A program made the translations under genes and the position numbers. Positions 24,675-33,643 of a stretch of DNA of 64,000 bases are shown one piece after another (position 1 is the stretch's first letter; the number at the start of each line of letters is the position of its first letter). The notes under the pieces are model-generated. The model saw only the letters and a program-made list of their open reading frames with translations. It did no database searches and had not been told where the DNA came from. This DNA is from a virus, in IMG/VR virus record IMGVR_UViG_3300017613_001142, positions 1-64,000 of that record. One strand, 5' to 3'.

Positions 24675-26036
24675 TTAGTAATCAAAATTAGGCTCATCAT
24701 ATCTATTTTCAGCCATATTAAATTTAACAAATCGTTTCTCAAACATAAATTCAGCCACACCTTTCGGCCCATTTTTATTTTTCGCCAAAATCGCGGAAAG
24801 CATATTATTTTCAGGATTGCCATGCAAAAACATAATTGTATCCGCGTCTTGTTCAAGTTGTCCTGATTCTCTTAAATCAGACATAACCGGCGGTCTTTTT
24901 TGTTTTTCAGCTTCCCGGTTTAATTGCGCCAAAACTAAAGATTTAAGGTTGTATTCCTTAATCAAAGCCTTTAACCGCATTGAAATATCCGCTATTTCTT
25001 GTTCTCTGATCATAGTTTTTTTAGAACTTCTGATCAACTGCAAATAGTCAATAATTAGCACTTCAAACCCCCCGTCTGAATTCATTTCCTCTTGAACTAA
25101 ACTTTCAATATCGCCGATTTTCATTGCTGATTGATCACATATTTTAAAGTTTTTATACAAGCTTAACTCATTTGATGACTTTGTGATATTGTCAAAATCA
25201 ATAGTTGTTAAATCTTTTGGATTTCTAATGTGTGAAGTGGCTACTTTTGACACTAAAGGAAGCAATCTATCTCTTGCGATTGATTGTGTTGTTGTCTCTA
25301 ATGAAATAAATAAAATCTTTTTTTCAGGCGATAAGTTATTAGCTATATTCACAGCGAAAGATGTTTTGCCGACTGAAGGTCGAGCCGCGATAATATTGAA
25401 TTCAGCTTCATAAAGACCACCCCCAAGGAAATTATCCAGGTTACTATATCCAGTGCTTAGAGCTGGTTGAATTTCACCATTCATTTTTTGTTGTATTTCC
25501 CGCCACACTTCCGGCATGACTTCATAAACTGAGCTAATTTTATTTTTACGCGACCCTAAAATATTTTGAATATTTTTTAATTCGCTCATAGCGTCGCTAA
25601 CAGCGTCATAGACTGAATATTTATCACCATCAAGCGGTTGTTGATTGACAAAATTAATTTTATTATTCAATGTCGCGGAAACATCACAGACTTTTCTTGT
25701 GTAATATCCATCACGTAAAATTCGGGCGTATTCGGCTAATCTCTCTCCATTTTTGTCATCGTAATATTCTAGAAAGCTAGTTACTTCCGCGATATATTCA
25801 ACACCTTTAGGCAGTGTGTTTAATTGTTTTGTTTTTCTAAGATAGTCAACGAGTGTTCGTCTGTCATAATTTTGATCTTCTATGTCTAAAATAGCGGCGT
25901 ATATTTTTTTATTTTCAGGTAAGTGAAAGTAATTGAGTTTTTCAATAATTGGTTTTGCGATTGGTAAAGTTGATGGTTCTTCGATAAGGATTGCGAGTAT
26001 GGATTTTTCTAAGTCTAGATCATGGAATGGTTTCAT
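24675..26036 (-). CDS. dnaB: replicative DNA helicase (DnaB family)
   Basis: DnaB N-domain (LDLEKSILAILIEEP), Walker A AARPSVGKTSFAVNIA, LAQLNRE, DADTIMFLH. Confidence 0.95.
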   Translation of the reverse strand: MKPFHDLDLEKSILAILIEEPSTLPIAKPIIEKLNYFHLPENKKIYAAILDIEDQNYDRRTLVDYLRKTKQLNTLPKGVEYIAEVTSFLEYYDDKNGERLAEYARILRDGYYTRKVCDVSATLNNKINFVNQQPLDGDKYSVYDAVSDAMSELKNIQNILGSRKNKISSVYEVMPEVWREIQQKMNGEIQPALSTGYSNLDNFLGGGLYEAEFNIIAARPSVGKTSFAVNIANNLSPEKKILFISLETTTQSIARDRLLPLVSKVATSHIRNPKDLTTIDFDNITKSSNELSLYKNFKICDQSAMKIGDIESLVQEEMNSDGGFEVLIIDYLQLIRSSKKTMIREQEIADISMRLKALIKEYNLKSLVLAQLNREAEKQKRPPVMSDLRESGQLEQDADTIMFLHGNPENNMLSAILAKNKNGPKGVAEFMFEKRFVKFNMAENRYDEPNFDY

Positions 26037-27070
26037 AATTCGCCTGTGTATTTTCGATAGATGGTGTTGAAATCTTGTTCTTTATTCTGAAATAAGAACG
26101 GGGATACAGCATCGACAGCTTTGAATATTTCCATGTCGGTTTGTTTGAGTTTATCAAACATTTCGTTTTCTGTGGAGCTGGTTTCGATTGCGGTTTTTAG
26201 GATTTTGAATACTCCGGATTGGGGTTTTAGGTTAATGGAATCACCAAGATAATCTTTCCATAAATCTTTTTTAAGAAAGCGAACGGCGTCTTTAGGATAT
26301 TCTGGTGATTCAGCACATATTTTAGTGGCTTGACCTAATAGCGGCAAGTCAGATTCTGGAATAGTTTTAAAAACTTCAAAAGCATCTTTCTTTCCTAATC
26401 GTTTACCATTGCGCTTAGGATAAGTTTTCCACCAAGATTCAAAAGAGGAAGTGTAAGAAACGGAGTTTCTTTTTTTCTTTTCTTTTAGTTTAGTTTCTTT
26501 TAGTTTAGTTTCTTTTTCGGGAACAATTTGTTTGCAATTTGCCTGCAATTTGTTAGCAGGTTTTATTACATTGTTTTTATTACTATTTTCTAAGTTTTTA
26601 TTTTGATGTTGATTGTCTGTTAACAAATTGCTTGCATTTTGATCGCAAATTAATTCCATAGGTTTTACAATTTGTTTTTTCCCCCAATCACCATCAATTA
26701 GTTTGTATTCTAAAATTATTTCAACTTGAGCGCGACGTTTAACGATTTCCGCATATCGTTTCTGTATTCCGCATGAAGTAAGAATTTGATATTTTTCATA
26801 CAAACACTTATTAAACACATTATTATTTAACGCTTCTATAGTGAATTGTTTTACTTGTTCAAAATCAATCGCTCTATGTGTTGCAAACCTATGTATATGT
26901 TTTTCTTGCCAATAACACCAATAGCTTGATCTATAAATATGTTGTAAAATTAAAAGCCATAATCCTGTTGCTGTAACTGATCCAAAAATATCTTGTAATG
27001 ATTCTATTTTATCTTCAAAAAAAACATCAACAGGGAAATAATCAGCTCCCTGTTTCAAGTGATTTGACAT
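26033..27070 (-). CDS. replisome organiser / replication initiation protein (DUF4373-like N-terminus)
   Basis: GADYFPVDVFFEDKIESLQDIFG...GLWLLILQHIY. Directly upstream of and coupled to dnaB. Carries internal DNA iterons. Confidence 0.7.
   Translation of the reverse strand: MSNHLKQGADYFPVDVFFEDKIESLQDIFGSVTATGLWLLILQHIYRSSYWCYWQEKHIHRFATHRAIDFEQVKQFTIEALNNNVFNKCLYEKYQILTSCGIQKRYAEIVKRRAQVEIILEYKLIDGDWGKKQIVKPMELICDQNASNLLTDNQHQNKNLENSNKNNVIKPANKLQANCKQIVPEKETKLKETKLKEKKKRNSVSYTSSFESWWKTYPKRNGKRLGKKDAFEVFKTIPESDLPLLGQATKICAESPEYPKDAVRFLKKDLWKDYLGDSINLKPQSGVFKILKTAIETSSTENEMFDKLKQTDMEIFKAVDAVSPFLFQNKEQDFNTIYRKYTGEL
26481..26677. repeat. iteron-like repeats inside the organiser gene (candidate origin)
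   Basis: 15-bp perfect tandem tcttttagtttagtt x2 (26481-26510). (G)CAATTTG at 26524, 26535 and 26546, 11 bp apart, and at 26668. Inverted CAAATTG at 26624. Confidence 0.5.
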
Positions 27071-27690
27071 ACTTCCTCCGTTTGCTCGCTTTCTAACTCA
27101 TTTTCAATACTCCAATTTAAATGTGGAACTATATATCTTCTATCTTTAAGTTTAGTTATATTATCTAGCAGCTCTTCAAACTTTTCTAAATCCATTAATA
27201 AAAAATCATCATTTAACTTATTTAAAATTGATTCTAAACGGCCATCTCGTGTATTATAATAATCCGGCGCATATTTATCAAATATTTTATGTTCTTTTTT
27301 ATGACATTTTTCGCACAAAGTTATTAGCGCGTCATCAGGATAATCCCATGATGGATCACGATCATAAAAATAATATTTATGATGAACTTCTAAAACTGAA
27401 TCTGAATCGTCGCATATATAACATTCAAAATAATCACGTTTTAAAATTCGCAAACGTTTAGCACCCCATTGCGGCAATTTATATTTATCAAAATATTGTT
27501 GACGTGGTGTTTTTGACTTCCATGTGAAGTCTTCCATATCGTAACGTTGAGTTTTCGTTCCCGATCTAAAGCTTTTAGGTTTTACTAATCCCCTTGGATT
27601 GCCTTTATGATCAAATATTTCTTTTTTTTCACTTTGCCATTCTTTTATTTGTTGAAAAAATCTAGCTTTCGCTTTTTCGTCTTTCGTCAT
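27055..27690 (-). CDS. HNH endonuclease
   Basis: CYICDDSDSVLEVHHKYY...ITLCEKCHKKEH. Confidence 0.7.
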   Translation of the reverse strand: MTKDEKAKARFFQQIKEWQSEKKEIFDHKGNPRGLVKPKSFRSGTKTQRYDMEDFTWKSKTPRQQYFDKYKLPQWGAKRLRILKRDYFECYICDDSDSVLEVHHKYYFYDRDPSWDYPDDALITLCEKCHKKEHKIFDKYAPDYYNTRDGRLESILNKLNDDFLLMDLEKFEELLDNITKLKDRRYIVPHLNWSIENELESEQTEEVCQIT

Positions 27691-27714
27691 TTTTTCTTCC
27701 TTGAAAAATTAAAA

Positions 27715-27984
27715 TTATCGACTTCTTCCAGTAAAATCAGTCGGCTTTGTCAGCATTTGTTTAGCCCATCCTTGGCTATAGAGCTGGTTTAAATCAATAC
27801 CTAAAGCTTGAGATTCCAAGTCGCCCGGCCAGAATCCAGTCCAACGCGCAAAAACTCTATCATGCTTTTCACATCCACACATCAATAATTGACCACCACA
27901 TACTGAGCAACGTTCAATATCACACCCATCATAATGAATTTGACCAATTCCCGTTTGGCAATCAGGACATTTTTCTAAAAACAT
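27715..27984 (-). CDS. hypothetical Cys-rich protein (89 aa)
   Basis: ORF track. CPDC...CSVCGG...CGC. Confidence 0.65.
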   Translation of the reverse strand: MFLEKCPDCQTGIGQIHYDGCDIERCSVCGGQLLMCGCEKHDRVFARWTGFWPGDLESQALGIDLNQLYSQGWAKQMLTKPTDFTGRSR

Positions 27985-28012
27985 ATTTCCTTCCTGAAAA
28001 ATAAATTAAAAA

Positions 28013-28093
28013 TTAATCTTCCTTTAAATATTGCTCGACGGCTTCCTGAACTTCCAGCGACAATTGCATAAATCCATTTAATTGCTGAGACAT
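28013..28093 (-). CDS. 26-aa ORF, possible partial duplicate of the 3' end of the 28661..28816 ORF
   Basis: MSQQLNGFMQLSLEVQEAVEQYLKED compared with ...HLLGYAAQLYNAISKKQD. The same 15-bp junction follows both. Confidence 0.25.
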   Translation of the reverse strand: MSQQLNGFMQLSLEVQEAVEQYLKED

Positions 28094-28097
28094 AGAA

Positions 28098-28634
28098 TTA
28101 TAAGTTAAGTTTTTCAAAATATTCATCCATGATTGATTGTAATTCCCAAGTTATATAACGGAAACCACTTAATTGTTGAAACATATTACTATAAGTAATT
28201 TTCAATTTAGGTTTAATATAATTATGATGAAACCATGTCAAAGTCTGATGATTATTTTTTAAATATTTTTTGAGCTTATCACCAATTTTTTGACCAACCC
28301 GATAAGAATTATCTTGAATATTATTTGAAGTTTTACTAGATTTTCTTTGCCAGTGCTGAGTAATATTTCTATTTGTATTAAGTGTAGGCTTTAATAAGTT
28401 AATATAAAATTGTTCTCGACATCCTAAGTTTTCTTCACAGACATATTCTAAAACTTCAAACTTTATATATCCAATTTTCTGATATTGCTTTTTTAATTTA
28501 TAATTACCTGTTTTACGATGAGTTGTTAAATGGTAACGATGCTGTTTAAATCGTTTTTGCAAATCAATACTACTGCCTATATAGAATTGATCTCCAATAG
28601 TTATTTTATAAACACCTATATTGGAATCTGTCAT
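28098..28634 (-). CDS. GIY-YIG homing endonuclease
   Basis: GVYKITIGDQFYIGSSIDLQKRFKQH. Free-standing, with its own GGAGGAAAG RBS. Confidence 0.85.
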   Translation of the reverse strand: MTDSNIGVYKITIGDQFYIGSSIDLQKRFKQHRYHLTTHRKTGNYKLKKQYQKIGYIKFEVLEYVCEENLGCREQFYINLLKPTLNTNRNITQHWQRKSSKTSNNIQDNSYRVGQKIGDKLKKYLKNNHQTLTWFHHNYIKPKLKITYSNMFQQLSGFRYITWELQSIMDEYFEKLNL

Positions 28635-28660
28635 CTTTCCTCCGTGGAAAATGTTAAAAA

Positions 28661-28816
28661 TTAATCTTGTTTTTTACTGATTGCATTATACAATTGCGCT
28701 GCATATCCTAAAAGATGCGACGGAGCCGATGTTTTAATTAAATAAGCAATAAGATTTTCATACATTGCTTTGTAATCACTGTTATTTGTCGGCGTTTGTA
28801 TTGATGTGTTACTCAT
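28661..28816 (-). CDS. hypothetical small protein (51 aa)
   Basis: Own translation MSNTSIQTPTNNSDYKAMYENLIAYLIKTSAPSHLLGYAAQLYNAISKKQD. Confidence 0.45.
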   Translation of the reverse strand: MSNTSIQTPTNNSDYKAMYENLIAYLIKTSAPSHLLGYAAQLYNAISKKQD

Positions 28817-28830
28817 ATATTTTTAATTTT

Positions 28831-29049
28831 TTAAAATTTAGATGAATCAGTGCGTAATCGAATGAAATCTTTGTGATTTTTTAAAGATTCTCTAAAACTA
28901 TCAAGCCCATATATTTCAATATGCAAGATAGCTGATTTGAAAATCGATTCAACAAACTGACTTGCAGACCCAAAATCATAATTTTCATTTTGATCTTTAA
29001 TTCGTTCGATTAAACTTTTTTCTAATGAAAATGATATTACTTCTTTCAT
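28831..29049 (-). CDS. hypothetical protein, possibly RHH-like (72 aa)
   Basis: MKEVISFSLEKSLIERIKDQ...SASQFVESIF pattern. Confidence 0.55.
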   Translation of the reverse strand: MKEVISFSLEKSLIERIKDQNENYDFGSASQFVESIFKSAILHIEIYGLDSFRESLKNHKDFIRLRTDSSKF

Positions 29050-29225
29050 GAAAACCTATTAAATATTAATAGTGTACAAGCAAAAAAATACCCAAACTTA
29101 CCAAAGCTTGAGCAACCACAAAAAGCCCAAATCCATCCATAGAATTTGAGCTAAAAATTAAACCGTATTAAATAAAAAGATTTCTGTCAAGTATTAAAAA
29201 TAAGATTATTGATCTAGGACAATTA

Positions 29226-30104
29226 CTAAAAACTTATTTGCTTATTGATAGGTTTAGTTTTCCCATTAACCGAATTAATAAATTTAAACATATGCGATAC
29301 TACATCAACCGTCCAACAATTACCAATAGCTTTATAACGCGCGGAATCTGATAACCCCGATGTAAAATTATCAGACAAAGTCTGCAATCGCTCTGCTTCC
29401 AAGGGGGTGATAAAACGTAATAGTTGATCACTGATTTTTACTAAATTGCCAGTCCAGCTAGATATTTGTCGAGCTGTCATGCATATACTTTTTGGCACGT
29501 CATTTATAATGCATGAATATTTTTTAGATAATTGTTTTATTTGATTTTTACTCCACCAATTATGCCAAGTTTCACTATTTGGCTCTTTATAATTCCATTC
29601 AATAATATCTTTTGCTTTAATATTTCGATCAATCGGCTTTGTAATGCTCCAATTGCACCAATACAAACGCCGCCTTGATTGCGCTGATAGTATCGCGCTA
29701 TTAATTTTAATAGGCAGAACTCCAAGTATATCAGTAATAATATTCTCAGATTGCTTATTCATCATTACATTCTCAAGGAAAAAGTATTTCGGTTGAAAAT
29801 GTTTCAGGCAATCCACAAATTCAAAGAAAAGCTTTGACCTTGGATCATCAAAATTTAATTGTTTCCCCGCAAAACTAAAACCTTGACATGGTGATCCGCC
29901 TATTAATAAATCAATCTTCGGCAATTCCCATTTACGCCAATCGCAAACATCACCTAATCTAATTATATTAGAAAAATTATTTTGTGAAATTTGGATAGCG
30001 TGTTTATCTATTTCAGATGCGAAATAATTTGTGATGGGAAGGTTGGCGCGTTGCAGGGCAAGATAACCGCAAGAAATACCATCAAATAGGCTTAATATAT
30101 TCAT
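29226..30104 (-). CDS. DNA (cytosine-5) methyltransferase
   Basis: Motif I LSLFDGISCG, motif IV GGSPCQGFSFAG, motif VI FFLENV, motif X GNCWTV. Confidence 0.9.
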   Translation of the reverse strand: MNILSLFDGISCGYLALQRANLPITNYFASEIDKHAIQISQNNFSNIIRLGDVCDWRKWELPKIDLLIGGSPCQGFSFAGKQLNFDDPRSKLFFEFVDCLKHFQPKYFFLENVMMNKQSENIITDILGVLPIKINSAILSAQSRRRLYWCNWSITKPIDRNIKAKDIIEWNYKEPNSETWHNWWSKNQIKQLSKKYSCIINDVPKSICMTARQISSWTGNLVKISDQLLRFITPLEAERLQTLSDNFTSGLSDSARYKAIGNCWTVDVVSHMFKFINSVNGKTKPINKQISF

Positions 30105-30145
30105 AAAACAAGATTATTGATTTAGATCAAAAAAATAATATTGAT

Positions 30146-30613
30146 TTAATAAATTACTGGGTATAACTGATCATTTATAAAATCCAATTCCTGTGGATCA
30201 ATATCACCAACTGCGTCTACAAAGTGCCAAAAATCCACAGTTGCGGTATTATTACGTGGTAAAGTTTTTGTCCGCAAAGAAGTTATCTCTTCATCAAAAA
30301 TTGGCAATCCATTATCATTGCCGCCCCAAAAAACCACATCATTCGGCTGCGATTCATAAAAACATAAAGAAACAACACTTGGCGAACCATAACCTAATGA
30401 ATTTAAAGTTGCAAATGGCTCATAAATATGCGCCGCGCTAATATTATTTTTTCGTCCAGTATAAAAATATATTTCATCTACGTTTTCTGCGCCATAAAGA
30501 AATAATCCATTAAGAACATGCAACACATAATCACTTTGTCTATCACTGAAATACGCAAAACTCTTATTACGCATTTTGCGCATAAAATATTCATCAAATA
30601 TCTGCCTGCCCAT
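30146..30613 (-). CDS. hypothetical protein (155 aa)
   Basis: ORF track. Confidence 0.7.
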   Translation of the reverse strand: MGRQIFDEYFMRKMRNKSFAYFSDRQSDYVLHVLNGLFLYGAENVDEIYFYTGRKNNISAAHIYEPFATLNSLGYGSPSVVSLCFYESQPNDVVFWGGNDNGLPIFDEEITSLRTKTLPRNNTATVDFWHFVDAVGDIDPQELDFINDQLYPVIY

Positions 30614-30683
30614 TAAAATATCTCCTAATATAAATTAGTTTCATTTCGTTGTTTCCCACCAAAAACCTCCTCTTTACAAGCCG

Positions 30684-30830
30684 TCAAATATAACGATTAA
30701 CAACTACTGCATTGCTCTCTAAAGAAGCGTGAGCGATTTTGTTAACTTCACGCATAATTTTTTCCGCGCTTACATCTGGCTGAACCGTTTGTATTTTTAA
30801 AACTTTAGCTGATTCTTTTAAACTTTGCAT
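30684..30830 (-). CDS. hypothetical small protein (48 aa)
   Basis: Own translation MQSLKESAKVLKIQTVQPDVSAEKIMREVNKIAHASLESNAVVVNRYI. Fills a 270-bp gap. Confidence 0.35.
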   Translation of the reverse strand: MQSLKESAKVLKIQTVQPDVSAEKIMREVNKIAHASLESNAVVVNRYI

Positions 30831-30885
30831 GGCAACAATAAGAGGGGAATTTCATATATTAAACTTTATTTTTTATGGATTAGCC

Positions 30886-31122
30886 TCAAAAAACGCTTTT
30901 GCAAATCCTTTCGGAGTAATTGTTTTGGCCATAATACTTATAAACTTGCATAGCTTTTTCTTCCAACTCTTCACTAGTAAGTAAATTTAGATCAACTTTT
31001 TTCTCTTCTTCGCAATCACAGTAACAACTATAAGATTTATATCGTTTCGCCGCTATTAATTCCTCAGAATCATATAATGGCAATCCATGTATTAAGCGTC
31101 CTAGCCAATTGAAAAAATCCAT
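30886..31122 (-). CDS. hypothetical protein (78 aa)
   Basis: Start moved to ATG 31122 (MDFFNWLG), just after the upstream stop at 31124. Confidence 0.6.
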   Translation of the reverse strand: MDFFNWLGRLIHGLPLYDSEELIAAKRYKSYSCYCDCEEEKKVDLNLLTSEELEEKAMQVYKYYGQNNYSERICKSVF

Positions 31123-31123
31123 G

Positions 31124-31756
31124 CTAAAACTCATCAATCTCAACCATTTCTCTCATTCCCATAACCAAACCACTGCAATTATCACCGTAAAACAACAGTT
31201 CTTTCTTATGATCAGGAACGGCCACTTTTAATCCCGGAATATCTTTTATAGGATACAATAACGCCATGTCAATTTTTAGTCCTTCGATATAAGTTGGATA
31301 TTGTGTATAAAAACGAGTTTTTAATCCATTGCAATAAATACAATTTTCACCTCGTCCTGCAATAGTTATTTCCCCTTCGCCGTAACAGCTTAGGCATGTA
31401 GCGGAATAGTTATTATATTTTGTTTCCCAAAAAACAATCCCTTCGGCGTCGCATTCATGGCATTCTCTTTGTATCAAAAGCCCTGTTCCTTTACACTCAT
31501 CACATTCATCCGGCTTAGGTATCTTAATTTTTGGCAACGGAGAAGCGTTATTTTTATTTTTTTCTAACGCTTTAAAAGCTTTGGTTAAAAAAGCAACCAT
31601 CCATTGATTATTTTCGGATATTTTTTGATATTTCTTATCTGATTTAAAACAGATCATAGAAACATTATTAGCCGCTATTGTTTGACCTTGAAAAACAAAA
31701 GGTTCTGTGAATTCCTGTCTATCGGAATTAAGATTTAAAAAATGTCTAAAATCCAT
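31124..31756 (-). CDS. protein with DnaJ-type cysteine-rich (CxxCxGxG) zinc-finger repeats
   Basis: CDECKGTG, CHECDAEG, CLSCYGEG, CIYCNGLK. Confidence 0.65.
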   Translation of the reverse strand: MDFRHFLNLNSDRQEFTEPFVFQGQTIAANNVSMICFKSDKKYQKISENNQWMVAFLTKAFKALEKNKNNASPLPKIKIPKPDECDECKGTGLLIQRECHECDAEGIVFWETKYNNYSATCLSCYGEGEITIAGRGENCIYCNGLKTRFYTQYPTYIEGLKIDMALLYPIKDIPGLKVAVPDHKKELLFYGDNCSGLVMGMREMVEIDEF

Positions 31757-31836
31757 AATATAATAATAAAAAAGCCCAACTTCTTAAAAATAGGCAGTCC
31801 CCACTGAATAAAAAATAAGAAGTCAGGCTATATGAT

Positions 31837-32016
31837 TTAACTCAACTTATGTCCTTGCTGTCTTAGGTAAATATATAAAGACGATCTTGAAAGCCCAACT
31901 GTTTTACAAATATCTTTTACTGACATTTCAGCCTCTTCCAGATACATTTTATAGGCGATAATGGCTTTCTTTTTAGTTGATTCCAGTAATTGTTTTTCGT
32001 ACCAGGGCTTTCTCAT
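31837..32016 (-). CDS. small HTH protein (59 aa)
   Basis: Own translation MRKPWYEKQLLESTKKKAIIAYKMYLEEAEMSVKDICKTVGLSRSSLYIYLRQQGHKLS, a Hin/resolvase-type HTH pattern. Confidence 0.55.
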   Translation of the reverse strand: MRKPWYEKQLLESTKKKAIIAYKMYLEEAEMSVKDICKTVGLSRSSLYIYLRQQGHKLS

Positions 32017-32124
32017 ATTTTGATTTGTTCTTTGAGATTATTTTAAATAAATTCGGCGATTCTGTGAGTCATCAAAACCGCCGACATTGCGAAAGAGTCG
32101 CTTTCTCAAACACAACTAAAGAGT

Positions 32125-32153
32125 AGAATATGTTAATTTTTTGAATCTGTCAA
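32125..32153 (-). promoter_or_regulatory. sigma70-like promoter TTGACA-N17-TATTCT with ~105-nt leader
   Basis: -35 at 32153-32148 inside ATTGACAGATT, -10 at 32130-32125. Confidence 0.5.
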
Positions 32154-32167
32154 TCATTAAATTTACT

Positions 32168-32467
32168 TTAAGGCGCGATTCCAAAATCATATTCGCTATC
32201 GTTTTTAATCCAATCCCAATATTTTTGCGGCGGTTCTCCTAGACTAAATCGTTCCTCTTTTTTTCCTCCACTCCATTCAGCTATTTTCAGTATAATCGGA
32301 GTTCCTTTTAATATTCGCGCTATTTGATCAATTAACCATGTTTTATGGTGTTCTCCATCTATATATTGATATTGTTTAAACCAAAAATTAATCCAGTCCA
32401 ATCTGGAATACATGGCATATTTCGTTGTGTGCGTATCAATGACTTTTTCGCCTAAATATACTGACAT
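32168..32467 (-). CDS. hypothetical protein (99 aa)
   Basis: ORF track. Confidence 0.7.
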   Translation of the reverse strand: MSVYLGEKVIDTHTTKYAMYSRLDWINFWFKQYQYIDGEHHKTWLIDQIARILKGTPIILKIAEWSGGKKEERFSLGEPPQKYWDWIKNDSEYDFGIAP

Positions 32468-32553
32468 GGTATGATTTATTTTAATCGAATTTTATTTATA
32501 CTAATAGACGTGTAAATGTGTCTAAAACTTGATATATTTTATTGCTAATAGCA

Positions 32554-32567
32554 AAATAGCTGTCAAT
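32554..32567 (-). promoter_or_regulatory. cassette element copy a (ATTGACAGCTATTT)
   Basis: Read directly. This copy diverges after TATTT. Confidence 0.5.
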
Positions 32568-32573
32568 GAAATA

Positions 32574-32813
32574 TTACTCTTCTTCGTAATCTTTAACATT
32601 TGGCGGCGCGGGCGGCTCTTCCATTTCCATCCAATAAGTTATGCAGTGATCGTCTCCACGTTGCGCTGGTATCAGCGGGAACGGGTTGCCATCGTCGTTT
32701 GTGTTTTCGCCGTCCCAAATACACGGCCAAACTGATTCGTCAAAATCATTGAATCCCCAAAAGTCCTCATCCATTGGCGGGTTATCTCTGCAAACTTTTT
32801 TCCACTTTTTCAT
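32574..32813 (-). CDS. hypothetical acidic Trp-rich protein (79 aa)
   Basis: ORF track. Preceded by element copy b. Confidence 0.65.
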   Translation of the reverse strand: MKKWKKVCRDNPPMDEDFWGFNDFDESVWPCIWDGENTNDDGNPFPLIPAQRGDDHCITYWMEMEEPPAPPNVKDYEEE

Positions 32814-32822
32814 CTCCTCCTC

Positions 32823-32841
32823 CCGTTAAATAGCTGTCAAT
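32823..32841 (-). promoter_or_regulatory. cassette element copy b (ATTGACAGCTATTTAACGG) plus purine tract plus ATG
   Basis: Read directly. Confidence 0.55.
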
Positions 32842-32848
32842 AAAAATA

Positions 32849-33169
32849 TTAGCGCTTATTTTTTCTTCGAGATTCCGCGTCCCATCGACAAAAATCAATA
32901 AATGAATCAAAGCAGTCACCAAAAGTTATATAGCGCTGATATCTGGCTTGATTGCGCGTCGGTTTTCTAATTGCGCCCATACCGCAATATTTAACTTTCC
33001 AGGTTGGATGTGCGTTTAAAATAACACCAGGCTTGTCTTTATCGAAATTGACGCCGATATAATGCCCGCGGTCATCCGCGATAATGCCGGGCTTTCCGTC
33101 AACAATAACGACTCTTCCGACGCAGGCCGGAACGCCGTAATTTTCTTTTACATATTCGCAATCACTCAT
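32849..33169 (-). CDS. hypothetical protein (106 aa)
   Basis: ORF track. Preceded by element copy c. Confidence 0.7.
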   Translation of the reverse strand: MSDCEYVKENYGVPACVGRVVIVDGKPGIIADDRGHYIGVNFDKDKPGVILNAHPTWKVKYCGMGAIRKPTRNQARYQRYITFGDCFDSFIDFCRWDAESRRKNKR

Positions 33170-33185
33170 CTCTCTCTCCTCTTAT

Positions 33186-33204
33186 CCGTTAAATAGCTGT
33201 TAAT
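33186..33204 (-). promoter_or_regulatory. cassette element copy c (ATTAACAGCTATTTAACGG)
   Basis: Read directly. Confidence 0.55.
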
Positions 33205-33210
33205 GAAATG

Positions 33211-33366
33211 TTACCCAGTCACATCATCTAAAATTATAACCACGAAACTTCCCGCCGGGTCATCCATCGCGCTTTTAGGCGGCGCCCAAATCACTTGTAC
33301 TTTTATGCCCTTGAGCGCATAATCAATGGCTATCTCCACCGCTCTGTCTATGATTTCTTGCTCCAT
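33211..33366 (-). CDS. hypothetical small protein (51 aa)
   Basis: Own translation MEQEIIDRAVEIAIDYALKGIKVQVIWAPPKSAMDDPAGSFVVIILDDVTG. Preceded by element copy d. Confidence 0.45.
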   Translation of the reverse strand: MEQEIIDRAVEIAIDYALKGIKVQVIWAPPKSAMDDPAGSFVVIILDDVTG

Positions 33367-33375
33367 CTCCTCCTC

Positions 33376-33394
33376 TCGTTAAATAGCTGTCAAT
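33376..33394 (-). promoter_or_regulatory. cassette element copy d (ATTGACAGCTATTTAACGA)
   Basis: Read directly. Part of a ~60-bp duplication with copy f. Confidence 0.55.
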
Positions 33395-33400
33395 AAAATA

Positions 33401-33604
33401 TTACCTCAGGTGGTCGCTTAATTTCTCAAACTTCATCCCCGGAGGAGCCTCAATCAATTTTAATTTTTCTCCTTCGCAAAACCCGGCCGCCATTCCCAAA
33501 AACAAACCGCTGTAATTTTGGTCTAGCGCGACCACATACAATTTACCGTCAATCTGAACGCTGAGACTTGCTCCCTCTATTTTATTTAAATCGATTTCTG
33601 ACAT
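33401..33604 (-). CDS. hypothetical protein (67 aa)
   Basis: ORF track. Preceded by element copy e. Confidence 0.6.
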   Translation of the reverse strand: MSEIDLNKIEGASLSVQIDGKLYVVALDQNYSGLFLGMAAGFCEGEKLKLIEAPPGMKFEKLSDHLR

Positions 33605-33617
33605 TTCCTCTCCTCTC

Positions 33618-33636
33618 TCCGTTAAATAGTTGTCAA
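33618..33636 (-). promoter_or_regulatory. cassette element copy e (ATTGACAACTATTTAACGG)
   Basis: Read directly. Confidence 0.55.
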
Positions 33637-33643
33637 TTACCCA

